A DNA stretch of 64,000 bases from an uncultured Candidatus Saccharibacteria bacterium (GTDB taxonomy: Bacteria; Patescibacteriota; UBA1384; DTJR01). The notes below the pieces were generated by a model. That model made no database searches and had not been told where the DNA came from. It saw nothing but the letters and a program-made list of their open reading frames with translations. Position 1 is the stretch's first letter; every line of letters begins with the position of its first letter. The stretch is from assembly GCA_964487045.1 (NCBI GenBank), contig CAZAOT010000004.1, positions 6,605 through 70,604 on the forward strand. Reading direction: 5' to 3'. Shown here piece by piece: positions 1-8,659 of this stretch. The position numbers were made by a program, and so were the translations under genes.

Positions 1-372
1 GCCGTATCAGATTTTATGAAGTTTGTTCTTGATAACGATCTTTCGCAAATGAGCAAAAGTGAATGGAAAAAATTCCTTTGTCTACTTACACCATTTGCTC
101 CACATTTGAGCGAATATTTAAATCTAAAAATATCTAACGATTCGATCTTTACTTATTCGTGGCCAAATGTTAAAATAACAAACAGCTCAATTCAATATGT
201 AGTTCAAATAAACGGAAAGCACAGGGCAAATTTTAGCCTCGATAAAGAGCTTGATGAAGATGAGGCTATCGCAATGGCGAAAGAGCAAAAGAATGTAAAG
301 ATTCATCTCGAAGGAAAGAATATTAAAAAAACTATTTACGTAAAAAACAAAGTTATAAACTTTGTTGTATAG
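1..372 (+). CDS. leuS: Leucyl-tRNA synthetase, C-terminal part (5' truncated by window)
   Basis: Frame is open from base 1; LLTPFAPHLSE anticodon-domain motif and VVQINGKHRA...KTIYVKNKVINFVV C-terminus typical of LeuRS. Confidence 0.9.
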   Translation, partial: AVSDFMKFVLDNDLSQMSKSEWKKFLCLLTPFAPHLSEYLNLKISNDSIFTYSWPNVKITNSSIQYVVQINGKHRANFSLDKELDEDEAIAMAKEQKNVKIHLEGKNIKKTIYVKNKVINFVV

Positions 373-384
373 AAAGGCATTATC

Positions 385-618
385 ATGGCAGAGCCAAAAA
401 AACGCTTAACAGCATCACGATCTGGAAACAGACAAAGCAAAGATGCTCTCAAGGCAACAACTCTTATTAGTTGTACAAATTGCAAGCAAAAAATTACTCC
501 ACATAGAGTTTGTTCCAATTGCGGATTTTATAAAGGTAAGAAAATTATCGATATGAAATCTGACATAGTCAAAAAGAAAAAAGTTGACGAGCAGATTAAA
601 GAGGAAGTAAATGAATAG
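385..618 (+). CDS. rpmF: 50S ribosomal protein L32 (Zn-ribbon type, C-terminal extension)
   Basis: MAEPKKR..., CTNC...[14 protein letters not shown]. Confidence 0.95.
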   Translation: MAEPKKRLTASRSGNRQSKDALKATTLISCTNCKQKITPHRVCSNCGFYKGKKIIDMKSDIVKKKKVDEQIKEEVNE

Positions 619-1045
619 GCATTACGCTAGAGTAATCGCACTTCAATCCTTATACGAATCCGACTTTAGGGAAAACCCTAATGTAGTAGAAATATTTAAT
701 CGTCATCTCGAAAATATCCAGGAAGATCCTGAGAATACTGACTTCGCCAAAGAGCTAGCTGATATGACAAGGTCTAAGGCAGATGATCTTGATACAGCTA
801 TCGAAAAATATGCCCCTGACTGGCCAATCGAACAAGTTGCAATAATAGATCGCAATATCCTGAGAATGGCAATTTGTGAACTAGAAAATTTCGAGACTCC
901 TCCTAAGGTTGTTATTAATGAAGCAATTGAGCTCGCTAAATCATTTGGTAGCGAAACTTCTTCCAAGTTCGTTAATGGAGTACTAGGCTCGGTGTATAGA
1001 GGAAGCGATAAGTATAAAGACGAAGAAGAGGAAAAAAATGAATGA
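611..1045 (+). CDS. nusB: Transcription antitermination factor NusB
   Basis: [42 protein letters not shown]. Confidence 0.95.
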   Translation: MNRHYARVIALQSLYESDFRENPNVVEIFNRHLENIQEDPENTDFAKELADMTRSKADDLDTAIEKYAPDWPIEQVAIIDRNILRMAICELENFETPPKVVINEAIELAKSFGSETSSKFVNGVLGSVYRGSDKYKDEEEEKNE

Positions 1046-1736
1046 AGAAATCGTTAAGAATATAGAGGGCTTAGAAAAGAAGTTAAAAATAAAATTTAAA
1101 AATAGAGAGCTTTTGCATAAAGCCTTTGTCCATAGATCTTATTTAAATGAGAATAAAATTGCCGAAGAAAGCAATGAAAGGCTGGAGTTCCTTGGCGACG
1201 CCGTGCTTGAGTTGGTAGTTACGGAATATCTATTTGAGAAATATCAAAAGAATGAAGGTGAGCTTACGGCAATTAGGAGCGCTTTAGTACGAGGACGACA
1301 TTTGTCGGAAATTGCTGATAGTCTTAAAATTTACGACTGCTTATTTCTATCAATCGGTGAAAAGAAATCTTCTGAAAAGGCAAAGGGTTTAATTCTAGCA
1401 AACGCTTTAGAAGCATTTATTGGAGCGATTTACCTAGACCAAGGTTACGAGGTAGTAAAGAATTTTATAATCTCTAATATCGCTTCGCACGTAGAAAAAA
1501 TCCTCGAGGAGAAATTATATATTGATTCCAAAAGCGAACTACAAGAAAAAATTCAGGAAAGAGACAAGGTCACTCCTCATTATAGAGTTATGAAAGAGGA
1601 AGGTCCTGATCACAACAAGATTTTCACAAGCGCTGTATATATTGATGACGAATTAGTCGCAACTGGACAAGGAAGCTCTAAAAATACGGCCGAACAGGCA
1701 GCTGCATACGCCGCGCTCGACAAATTATTTAAGTAA
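1038..1736 (+). CDS. rnc: Ribonuclease III
   Basis: [12 protein letters not shown] signature and C-terminal dsRBD (DSKSELQE...GPDH...GQGSSK). Confidence 0.97.
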   Translation: MNEEIVKNIEGLEKKLKIKFKNRELLHKAFVHRSYLNENKIAEESNERLEFLGDAVLELVVTEYLFEKYQKNEGELTAIRSALVRGRHLSEIADSLKIYDCLFLSIGEKKSSEKAKGLILANALEAFIGAIYLDQGYEVVKNFIISNIASHVEKILEEKLYIDSKSELQEKIQERDKVTPHYRVMKEEGPDHNKIFTSAVYIDDELVATGQGSSKNTAEQAAAYAALDKLFK

Positions 1737-2427
1737 GAAGACGTCTAATCTTTTTGTAAGTAAGATTTGCTCTAAACTGCGGCCAGTCTGCTGGAAATAG
1801 TTCTATTGGAAGCTGAGGTTGATTGCTTAATATCGAAGCATACTGAAAAATAATTTTCTTAGTATCGTAAGATGTTTTGTCTTTATCTTTTATATATCTC
1901 TCTGCAGAATCTATAAAATTATATATTTCACGTTTAGATGAATCGAAGTTCCATAGTTTCTGAAAAGATTCTTTTGACAACCCTGAAGATATAGAATCAG
2001 ATTCAACTATTATTAAGCATTCATAAATATTTGCCTTTTTTGCTTCTTCGATAATATCTTTTTTTATATCGAGAGGAGTAATCCATAATCCACTCATAAT
2101 CATTCTAACTCCTCTGGACTCTAGGTATCGACGAAATTTATCACGAAGTGATCTCTTTGATTCTGGTATCGAAAAAGATATAAATCTCCACTTGTTGTCC
2201 CAATGAAGTGTACTTTGATGGAGATTGTCTAAAATTTCATTAAGCGCCGCTTGGCCTTTTTTTGAAATAGAGTATTTGTCAAGGTTTTTCTCAACTAGTT
2301 TCATTGCTTCCATCTTTCCCAAAATTCCACGAAGCACCGCAGGATTAAAAAAAGACATCTCGTTATAACCGACACTTTTTCTATCTTCTATAAAAATTAA
2401 AAGCTCATAAAGAGGAGTAATACGCAT
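1729..2427 (-). CDS. PaaX-family transcriptional regulator
   Basis: N-terminal wHTH-like region; WDNKWRFISFSIPESKRSLRDKFR...GLWITP central domain; PQLPIELFPADWP PaaX C-terminal motif. Confidence 0.75.
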   Translation of the reverse strand: MRITPLYELLIFIEDRKSVGYNEMSFFNPAVLRGILGKMEAMKLVEKNLDKYSISKKGQAALNEILDNLHQSTLHWDNKWRFISFSIPESKRSLRDKFRRYLESRGVRMIMSGLWITPLDIKKDIIEEAKKANIYECLIIVESDSISSGLSKESFQKLWNFDSSKREIYNFIDSAERYIKDKDKTSYDTKKIIFQYASILSNQPQLPIELFPADWPQFRANLTYKKIRRLLT

Positions 2428-2476
2428 ATACTGAAATTAGCAGAAAATTCACGAGCGTCAAGTTAGAGGGGAGAAC

Positions 2477-2614
2477 AAACAATAATTACTCTTTCAGAAC
2501 CAGCCCCTCTCAGCTTCCTGCGAGCTTCGGGGGCTTACGCACTCGATTATTTATTCGCTTCGCGAAACCAAGCTAAATAATCTCCGTGAGTTTCTTCAAG
2601 AGCAATTATTGTTT
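2477..2614 (-). other. Structured intergenic element (17-bp closing stem, two internal hairpins)
   Basis: AAACAATAATTACTCTT (2477-2493) / AAGAGCAATTATTGTTT (2598-2614); the one mismatch becomes G.U on the minus strand; internal stems GATTATTTA/TAAATAATC and AGCCCC/GGGGCT. Confidence 0.55.
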
Positions 2615-2628
2615 TAGAGAATAAATGG

Positions 2629-3561
2629 TTATTTCGGGAAGGTGTAGGCCTCAAAACCATAGCTTAGTAGCTTTTTCATCTCATCAGCGCTTGCTGACGG
2701 GGTGTTTGAGTATGTATTCAGTACAACCCCTACTATCGTATTTCCGTCGCGTTCTGCGGAGCTCACAAGGGTATGGCCGGCATCAGGAGTAAATCCGGTT
2801 TTTCCTCCAATTATTCCATCTAACTTGATTTCTCCAGTTGTGAGTCGATTAGAGTTTTTCAACTCATGGCTCTCCGCGCCATCGACTGAGGTAACGACTT
2901 TTTCAGACGTTGAAACTATTTTCTTAAACTCTTCATTAGATATGGCATAGCTAAACAGGATAGCCAAATCTCGAGCGGATGAGTGGCCTTGATCATTTAG
3001 TCCAGCAGGATCCATGTAATGAGTATTAGTTAGACCAAGATCCTCAGCCTTTTTATTCATTAAGAGAACAAATTCCTCTTGTGATACCTTCATGCTTGAT
3101 AGGGTCTTGGCTGCATCGTTGCCAGAATTCATAAGCAAGCAATAAAGTAAATTCTCAACAGTAATTCTTTCTCCAGGTTTTAAAAATACTTTAGATCCAA
3201 TTACATCAGTCTGATCTTTGTTGACTGTCACTATATCATCAAGCTTATAGTTTTCTATTACAATAATTGCTGTCATTACCTTAGTGATTGAAGCAATCGG
3301 CACAGGCTTTTCAGAATCCTTCTGAAACAGAGGATATTTTGTCTTAGAGTCGATCAAGATAGACGATCCTGCTAGAATATTTGGATCTTTCGCTATTGGA
3401 TTTTTCTGTGGATACTGATAAAGCTTCACGGTTTTCTCTAAATAAAAATTATTTATTGAAGAACCTAGAACACTACCTTTTGAAGGTTTTTTGTAATTAA
3501 AAGCTAGCAAAGCGCCAACCAAAATAAGTCCTAAAATAATTACTATAGCAATCTTTTTCAT
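2629..3561 (-). CDS. D-alanyl-D-alanine carboxypeptidase (peptidase S11)
   Basis: N-terminal signal/TM; SxxK (ASITK), SxN (SGN) and KTG motifs. Confidence 0.92.
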   Translation of the reverse strand: MKKIAIVIILGLILVGALLAFNYKKPSKGSVLGSSINNFYLEKTVKLYQYPQKNPIAKDPNILAGSSILIDSKTKYPLFQKDSEKPVPIASITKVMTAIIVIENYKLDDIVTVNKDQTDVIGSKVFLKPGERITVENLLYCLLMNSGNDAAKTLSSMKVSQEEFVLLMNKKAEDLGLTNTHYMDPAGLNDQGHSSARDLAILFSYAISNEEFKKIVSTSEKVVTSVDGAESHELKNSNRLTTGEIKLDGIIGGKTGFTPDAGHTLVSSAERDGNTIVGVVLNTYSNTPSASADEMKKLLSYGFEAYTFPK

Positions 3562-3923
3562 GAGTTCTCTCGTTCAACCTTCTTACTAGAAATAAAAAAT
3601 TCCAATAGGATAATAGCAACTAAATAGGTAATGGCAGACATAACGTTTAGAACTTCTATACTAGAAAATAACAATAATCCGCTTACGAGAACAGCAAATA
3701 ATAAACTCCTTCTAATAATTCTTGAAGTCGATGCTGACTTGAAGAAAATCTTTCTAAGCGTTAAAGACAATAATGATGATAAGCAAAAAATAAATGCCAT
3801 TAGGCTTATGAAAAATGCTGCTATGCTAAACGAGTTTGCCTGGAAAGGATTTGTATTAAAAAGAAGTACAGAGACTAATCCGGCTGAAATTAAACCAATA
3901 GATACCAGACTAAAATTCAACAT
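3558..3923 (-). CDS. Small 4-TM membrane protein, unknown function
   Basis: Four hydrophobic segments; overlaps both neighbours, so probably translationally coupled. Confidence 0.75.
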   Translation of the reverse strand: MLNFSLVSIGLISAGLVSVLLFNTNPFQANSFSIAAFFISLMAFIFCLSSLLSLTLRKIFFKSASTSRIIRRSLLFAVLVSGLLLFSSIEVLNVMSAITYLVAIILLEFFISSKKVERENS

Positions 3924-4212
3924 CAGAATCTTTTATACAGACAAACTTAGTTTTGGGCATAAATTTAGATGAAAACATCTCTCTAAATATTTCCGAAATT
4001 TCTTTCTTGTCTTTTACTATACTATTTTCCAGGTTTTTTGTATTTTTTTCAACCGGGCAGCCAACGTATATATAGGCGGTCTTGAGATCTTCACTCATAT
4101 TAACATCAATAATATGAACAAAACCAAGCTTTTCGACATTGCGTGATAGATATACATCAACGCCGTTTCGAACTAACTCAATAATTTTTTCTCTTTTTAG
4201 GCTCTTTTGCAT
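3910..4212 (-). CDS. rbfA: Ribosome-binding factor A (divergent)
   Basis: GFVHIIDVNMSEDLKTAYIYV resembles the RbfA V-S-x-DL motif; C-terminal MPKTKF; ~100 aa. Confidence 0.7.
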   Translation of the reverse strand: MQKSLKREKIIELVRNGVDVYLSRNVEKLGFVHIIDVNMSEDLKTAYIYVGCPVEKNTKNLENSIVKDKKEISEIFREMFSSKFMPKTKFVCIKDSDVEF

Positions 4213-4602
4213 TTAACGCTTAGCCCACTGTGGAGCACGTCTTGCACGCTTTAGACCAGGTTTCTTTCGTTCTTTTTCTCTAGAATCTCTTGATAGTAGG
4301 TTTGATTTTTTAAGAGACTTTTCCATCTCTTCACCAGTCTTGGCAAGTGCCCTGGCTAGTCCCAATTTAATAGCTTCAATCTGCGAACTAACTCCGCCAC
4401 CATTTACAATATAACTAATGTCATATTTTTTTTCTAATGATAGAAGTCTAAGAGGCTCAAAAATTTCTGATATCGCGCTTTCATCTAATTCGATTTTTTC
4501 TTTTTTGGAATTAACTATTTTTCCGGTCCCATCTTGAATTCGTACTTGCGCTATAGCACTCTTACGTCTTCCGATACCGAAGTAGTATTGTGATGATTTC
4601 AT
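4213..4602 (-). CDS. rpsI: 30S ribosomal protein S9
   Basis: YFGIGRRKSAIAQVR...ERKKPGLKRARRAPQWAKR; ATG at 4602 preferred over the upstream TTG. Confidence 0.96.
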   Translation of the reverse strand: MKSSQYYFGIGRRKSAIAQVRIQDGTGKIVNSKKEKIELDESAISEIFEPLRLLSLEKKYDISYIVNGGGVSSQIEAIKLGLARALAKTGEEMEKSLKKSNLLSRDSREKERKKPGLKRARRAPQWAKR

Positions 4603-4603
4603 A

Positions 4604-4945
4604 TTACTCAAACCTTAATTTTTTAATCATTTGTGCACCTAGTCTGTTTTTAGGAAGCATTCCTTTAACAGTCTGGGTAAAAAGCTTCTTTGGGTCATCC
4701 TGAAAACTATCACTTAGTGACTTTTCTTTTAAATTTCCGATATATCCACTATGTGAATAGTATTTCTTTTGGATCAGTTTTCGGCCACTGAAGCTAAGCT
4801 TGTCTACATTAACTACAGTTACCACTGATTCAGATAGCTTGTTTGGAGCATAGCTAGGATCATTTTTACCAATAATAAGCTTAGCAACTTCACTTGCAGC
4901 TCTTCCTAGTGGCATCCCTGATAAATCTATTTTATGCTGTATCAT
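4604..4945 (-). CDS. rplM: 50S ribosomal protein L13 (short, 113 aa)
   Basis: LGRAASEVAKL, KYYSHSGYIG, VKGMLPKNRLG. Confidence 0.95.
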   Translation of the reverse strand: MIQHKIDLSGMPLGRAASEVAKLIIGKNDPSYAPNKLSESVVTVVNVDKLSFSGRKLIQKKYYSHSGYIGNLKEKSLSDSFQDDPKKLFTQTVKGMLPKNRLGAQMIKKLRFE

Positions 4946-5334
4946 TTCTTATTCTCTTTCTTTGCTTTGACAGCGCTGGGCTTCCTCTCCTCAGGTTTAG
5001 CTTCCTGAGCTTTTTCTAATCTTACGATAACTTCTTGAGCCCCGTCACCAAGTCTTCTATCAAGCTTGTAAAGTTTTACACAGGTATATGAATTTCTGAA
5101 ATCATATGCTTTTTCTTTGGCTCCACCATACAATGTTGAAGCGAGATATCTCTTAGCATTGACTTCATTGTCCATCGCCTTAAGCTTAAAAATCAAGCTT
5201 TCCATTTCAGACTTGAGTGCTTTTGCTTTTGGAGCAGTTGTTTTCACTTGCTCGAACAATATCAAAGATGAGACCATATTTCTGATAAGTCTTTTTCGAT
5301 ATTGGAATTTTTTTGATAATTTAAGCTTTCGCAT
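4942..5334 (-). CDS. rplQ: 50S ribosomal protein L17
   Basis: RKRLIRNMVSSLILFEQVKTTAPKAK, RRLGDGA; position after rpoA. Confidence 0.92.
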   Translation of the reverse strand: MRKLKLSKKFQYRKRLIRNMVSSLILFEQVKTTAPKAKALKSEMESLIFKLKAMDNEVNAKRYLASTLYGGAKEKAYDFRNSYTCVKLYKLDRRLGDGAQEVIVRLEKAQEAKPEERKPSAVKAKKENKK

Positions 5335-5336
5335 CT

Positions 5337-6080
5337 TTAGGATTTCTTCTTAGTTTTTGTTTTTTCTTTGGTTTGCTTAACTTCACCCATTGCACTAGAG
5401 ATAACGCCCATATGCTCAGAGATGATCTTCGAGGCAGTGTTAAGAGCTTCTTGTGGCGCAACTGAGCCATCAGTTGTAATTTCGATTAGAAGTTTATTGT
5501 AGTTTGTCATCCCTCCAACACGAGCATTTTCTACATCAAACTTAACCTTCTTAACTGGAGTGTAGATACTATCAACCATTATTGTTCCGATAGGTAGCTT
5601 TTCTTCAGCCTTCTTCTCGACTGGGACATATCCTCGGCCTTTATCAATTTCGATAACCATATCGAGTTTAGCACCCTTTTCTAGTGAACAGAGATAATGT
5701 CCAGGAGAAACTATATCAACGTCAGCTGACTTCTTAAAGTCGTCGACAGTGACTTCCTTAGGACCTTTTACCGACATTTCAATCTTTGCATTATCTGTAT
5801 CGTTTAGCTTGAATCTCGCCATCTTAAGGTTAAGAATCAAGTCTACAATGTCCTCTTTCATGCCCTTCATCGTAGAATATTCGTGATCGACTCCCTCTAT
5901 TTTTACACTTTTGATTGCATAGCCCTCGAGAGATGCAAGGAGCACTCTTCTTAGACTATTTCCAATAGTAACTCCATAACCAGGAAGTAGTGGCTCAATT
6001 ACAAATGTGCCGGTCTTTCCTTCGTCACTTAGAGTTGATTTGATCTCGAGCAATCCAAGGTCAGGTAATATATAATCCAT
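5337..6080 (-). CDS. rpoA: RNA polymerase alpha subunit (N-terminal domain only, 247 aa)
   Basis: FVIEPLLPGYGVTIGNSLRRVLL, HEYST, DSIYTPVKKV, ITTDGSV; ATG at 6080 after AAGAAGGA; no alpha-CTD. Confidence 0.95.
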   Translation of the reverse strand: MDYILPDLGLLEIKSTLSDEGKTGTFVIEPLLPGYGVTIGNSLRRVLLASLEGYAIKSVKIEGVDHEYSTMKGMKEDIVDLILNLKMARFKLNDTDNAKIEMSVKGPKEVTVDDFKKSADVDIVSPGHYLCSLEKGAKLDMVIEIDKGRGYVPVEKKAEEKLPIGTIMVDSIYTPVKKVKFDVENARVGGMTNYNKLLIEITTDGSVAPQEALNTASKIISEHMGVISSAMGEVKQTKEKTKTKKKS

Positions 6081-6135
6081 ATTGTGTTCCTTCTTTAGTT
6101 GATTCAGGTTTGCGTTGCAACCGCAAACCGCCCTC

Positions 6136-6729
6136 TTATCTTGAATAAAATTCAATAATTAATTGTATGTTAATGGCGGTCATAACTTTTTCAGTATCTG
6201 GTAGACCAGTGACTTCGACTTCTTTAGAATCTTTTGAAGGCTTGATATTCTCAGCAATCTCTCTTTTGCCCTCTTTTAATAGACTGGAAGTTACTATTTT
6301 GTCCCCTACTTTTATCTGCATTGATGGAGACTTGGCCTTTTTCCCATTAACAGAAATTTTACCGTGGACAACTAGCTGTCTTGCTTCATTTCGTGAGCTT
6401 GCCCATCCTGATCTAAAGACTACATTGTCTAGTCTATTTTCCAATAAATTTATAAGCTGGGTTCCTGTAGAATGTCTGTCTTTTCTAGCTTCATCAAAAT
6501 AATTTGTCATTTGCTTTTCAGTAACACCATAAATAGCTCTAGCTTTTTGTTTTTCCAAAAGCTGCTTAGCATAGTCAGAAGCCTTTCTTCTACTTCCTTT
6601 AGCGCCAGCCTGGCCTGGAGCATATGGTCTTTTTGTGACCGGGCAGCTAGGTAAATTACACTTATCTCCCTTGAGAAAAAGCTTTTCACCTGTTCGCCTG
6701 CAAATTCTACATTTATCTAGTTTTTCCAT
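6136..6729 (-). CDS. rpsD: 30S ribosomal protein S4
   Basis: CRICRR...LFLKGDKC, LENRLDNVVFR, ARQLVVHG, IIEFYSR. Confidence 0.97.
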   Translation of the reverse strand: MEKLDKCRICRRTGEKLFLKGDKCNLPSCPVTKRPYAPGQAGAKGSRRKASDYAKQLLEKQKARAIYGVTEKQMTNYFDEARKDRHSTGTQLINLLENRLDNVVFRSGWASSRNEARQLVVHGKISVNGKKAKSPSMQIKVGDKIVTSSLLKEGKREIAENIKPSKDSKEVEVTGLPDTEKVMTAINIQLIIEFYSR

Positions 6730-6731
6730 CG

Positions 6732-7112
6732 TTATACCCTTCTAGGTTTCTTTGCCCTACATCCATTGTGGGGAATTGGGGTTTTGTCTTTTATCTTAGT
6801 AATTTTAAATCCTCCAGAGGCAATTGCCCTAAGAGCAGCATCACGGCCTGTGGAAACTCCTGATACATATAGCTCGATTTCCGTTGTTTGAGCTTCATGC
6901 ATTTTATCAACAAGAATTTTTGCAGTTTGTGTTGATGCGAATGGTGTTGATTTTTTCGTACCCTTAAAGCCGGCCATTCCAGTAGATGCCCAAGCATAAA
7001 CATTTCCCTTTTCGTCGGTAGCACTCATTATTGTGTTATTAAACGATGAGTTAACAAAAACTTTTCCGACCGGGACGATTTTTACTTTTTTCTTTTTGAT
7101 TACTTTAGCCAT
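6732..7112 (-). CDS. rpsK: 30S ribosomal protein S11
   Basis: SFNNTI, GFKGTKKSTPFA, TPIPHNGCR. Confidence 0.97.
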   Translation of the reverse strand: MAKVIKKKKVKIVPVGKVFVNSSFNNTIMSATDEKGNVYAWASTGMAGFKGTKKSTPFASTQTAKILVDKMHEAQTTEIELYVSGVSTGRDAALRAIASGGFKITKIKDKTPIPHNGCRAKKPRRV

Positions 7113-7131
7113 ATTATTAAGCGTTACTTAT

Positions 7132-7518
7132 TTATGTTTTCTCTGCAGCTTTCTTTCTTCCAGATCCTACAGTAACTTTCTTTCCTCTTTTTGTTCTTCC
7201 ATTTGTTTTTGTTCGTTGACCTCTGACAGGTAAACCTTTTATATGTCTTGAGCCTCTGTATGTGCCAATATTCTTAAGTCTCTTGATATTGTTTGTTACT
7301 TCGACTCTGAGGTCACCTTCTACCTGATAATTTTTCTCAATCAAACTTCTAATTTGCTCAATCTTTTCTTCTGGTACTTTGTTCAATCTTACAGATTCAT
7401 CGATATTGACCTGAGCGAGTATTTTCTTGGAAGTTGGCATACCAATACCCTCAAGATAAGTTAAAGCGATAACCGCTCTCTTATTTTCAGGTAAATTTAT
7501 TCCAGCAATTCTAATCAT
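7132..7518 (-). CDS. rpsM: 30S ribosomal protein S13
   Basis: RIAGINLP, YRGSRHIKGLPVRGQRTKTN. Confidence 0.97.
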   Translation of the reverse strand: MIRIAGINLPENKRAVIALTYLEGIGMPTSKKILAQVNIDESVRLNKVPEEKIEQIRSLIEKNYQVEGDLRVEVTNNIKRLKNIGTYRGSRHIKGLPVRGQRTKTNGRTKRGKKVTVGSGRKKAAEKT

Positions 7519-7520
7519 AT

Positions 7521-7649
7521 TTATCCTTGCCTCTGCTTATGTCGTGGATTCTCACAGACAACAATAATTTTAGTCGGAGACTGTTTTCCTCGACGTCTTA
7601 CAATCTTACACTTATTACAAATTTTTTTGACTGATGGTCTAACTTTCAT
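7521..7649 (-). CDS. rpmJ: 50S ribosomal protein L36 (not in ORF track), 42 aa
   Basis: Hand translation [42 protein letters not shown]; ATGA overlap with the infA stop. Confidence 0.95.
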   Translation of the reverse strand: MKVRPSVKKICNKCKIVRRRGKQSPTKIIVVCENPRHKQRQG

Positions 7650-7870
7650 CTCTTGTCGATCCTTCTTTTTATACGTCCCTTAGTTAAATCATAAGGGGTC
7701 ATTTCCACAATTACGCGATCACCCTCTACAAGCTTGATATAATGCATTCTCATTTTTCCACTCAAATGGCCAATGATTTCCTGCCCAGTATCAAGCACGA
7801 TTTTAAAAAGAGCATTGGGTAATGCCTCAATAACTTCCCCTTCGAACTCGATTATATCTTTATCTGGCAT
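7646..7870 (-). CDS. infA: Translation initiation factor IF-1
   Basis: [36 protein letters not shown]. Confidence 0.97.
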   Translation of the reverse strand: MPDKDIIEFEGEVIEALPNALFKIVLDTGQEIIGHLSGKMRMHYIKLVEGDRVIVEMTPYDLTKGRIKRRIDKR

Positions 7871-7918
7871 TCAACCTCAACAAAATCTTTACTTACATAA
7901 TTTATCATCTTTTTACTC

Positions 7919-8659
7919 TTATGTCAATATTTTTGCCCCATTTTTCGCAACCACAACTGTATGCTCAAAATGAGCCGCTAACGTATTGTCTGACGAGACA
8001 ATCGTCCAGCCATCCTGAGATGTTTTTACCTTACCTGAGCCAAGTGTTGCCATCGGTTCTATTGCAAAAACCATCCCTTCTTTAACAACTTCTCCCTGGT
8101 TTGATTTTCCATTTGATTTAATAGATGGCTCCTCATGGATACTCTTACCTATTCCATGTCCAGAAAGTGACATTACCGGAGAAAGACCATGTTTTTCCAA
8201 TATTTCACCAGTTTTTTCCTCTATTGCTCCGACTCTTATGCCAGGGGAAATAATTTTTATTGATTCTTCAAGAGCTTTCTTGGTGCCATTTATAAGCCTC
8301 AATGTGTCGCTTGAGGGCTTACCTACTAGTATTGTAGTAGCAGTATCAGAATGAAACCCGTCCAATTCCACACCAACGTCAATTTTGACTAAATCATTAT
8401 GCATAATTTTTCTTTGGGAAGGGATACCGTGGACAACCTCGGAGTTGATTGAGATACATGTAACAGCAGGAAAACCATTATAATTGAGAAATGAGGGTTT
8501 AGCTCCCCTTGAAGAAATGATGCGGCTCGCAATTTTATCTAGTTCAAAAGTTGTTACACCTGGTTTTACATATTTTGCGAGTTCTTTTAAGACAAATGAA
8601 GCAATTTTCCCCGATCTTGCAATTTTACTTACTTCATCTTTAGTCTTGATATTGATCAT
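7919..8659 (-). CDS. map: Methionine aminopeptidase type I
   Basis: CISINSEVVHGIP, DVGV..GFHSD, GHGIG..HEEP, AIEPM, AAHFEHT. Confidence 0.97.
   Translation of the reverse strand: MINIKTKDEVSKIARSGKIASFVLKELAKYVKPGVTTFELDKIASRIISSRGAKPSFLNYNGFPAVTCISINSEVVHGIPSQRKIMHNDLVKIDVGVELDGFHSDTATTILVGKPSSDTLRLINGTKKALEESIKIISPGIRVGAIEEKTGEILEKHGLSPVMSLSGHGIGKSIHEEPSIKSNGKSNQGEVVKEGMVFAIEPMATLGSGKVKTSQDGWTIVSSDNTLAAHFEHTVVVAKNGAKILT

Noticed and set aside
1729-2427. Cas2-like central domain (plus a Cas4-like nuclease at 57162) suggesting CRISPR-Cas
   Set aside because: The domain is part of a PaaX-type regulator; there is no cas1, no effector gene and no repeat-spacer array in the window.
6107-6129. 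Hairpin GGTTTGCG...CGCAAACC between rpsD and rpoA
   Set aside because: A single short stem with no U-tract and no second copy; too little evidence to call a regulatory RNA.
7646-7648. Alternative genetic code (TGA=Gly as in Gracilibacteria, or TAG recoding)
   Set aside because: Conserved genes end at TGA or TAG at the expected positions (infA, fusA, leuS) and none is interrupted by in-frame stops.
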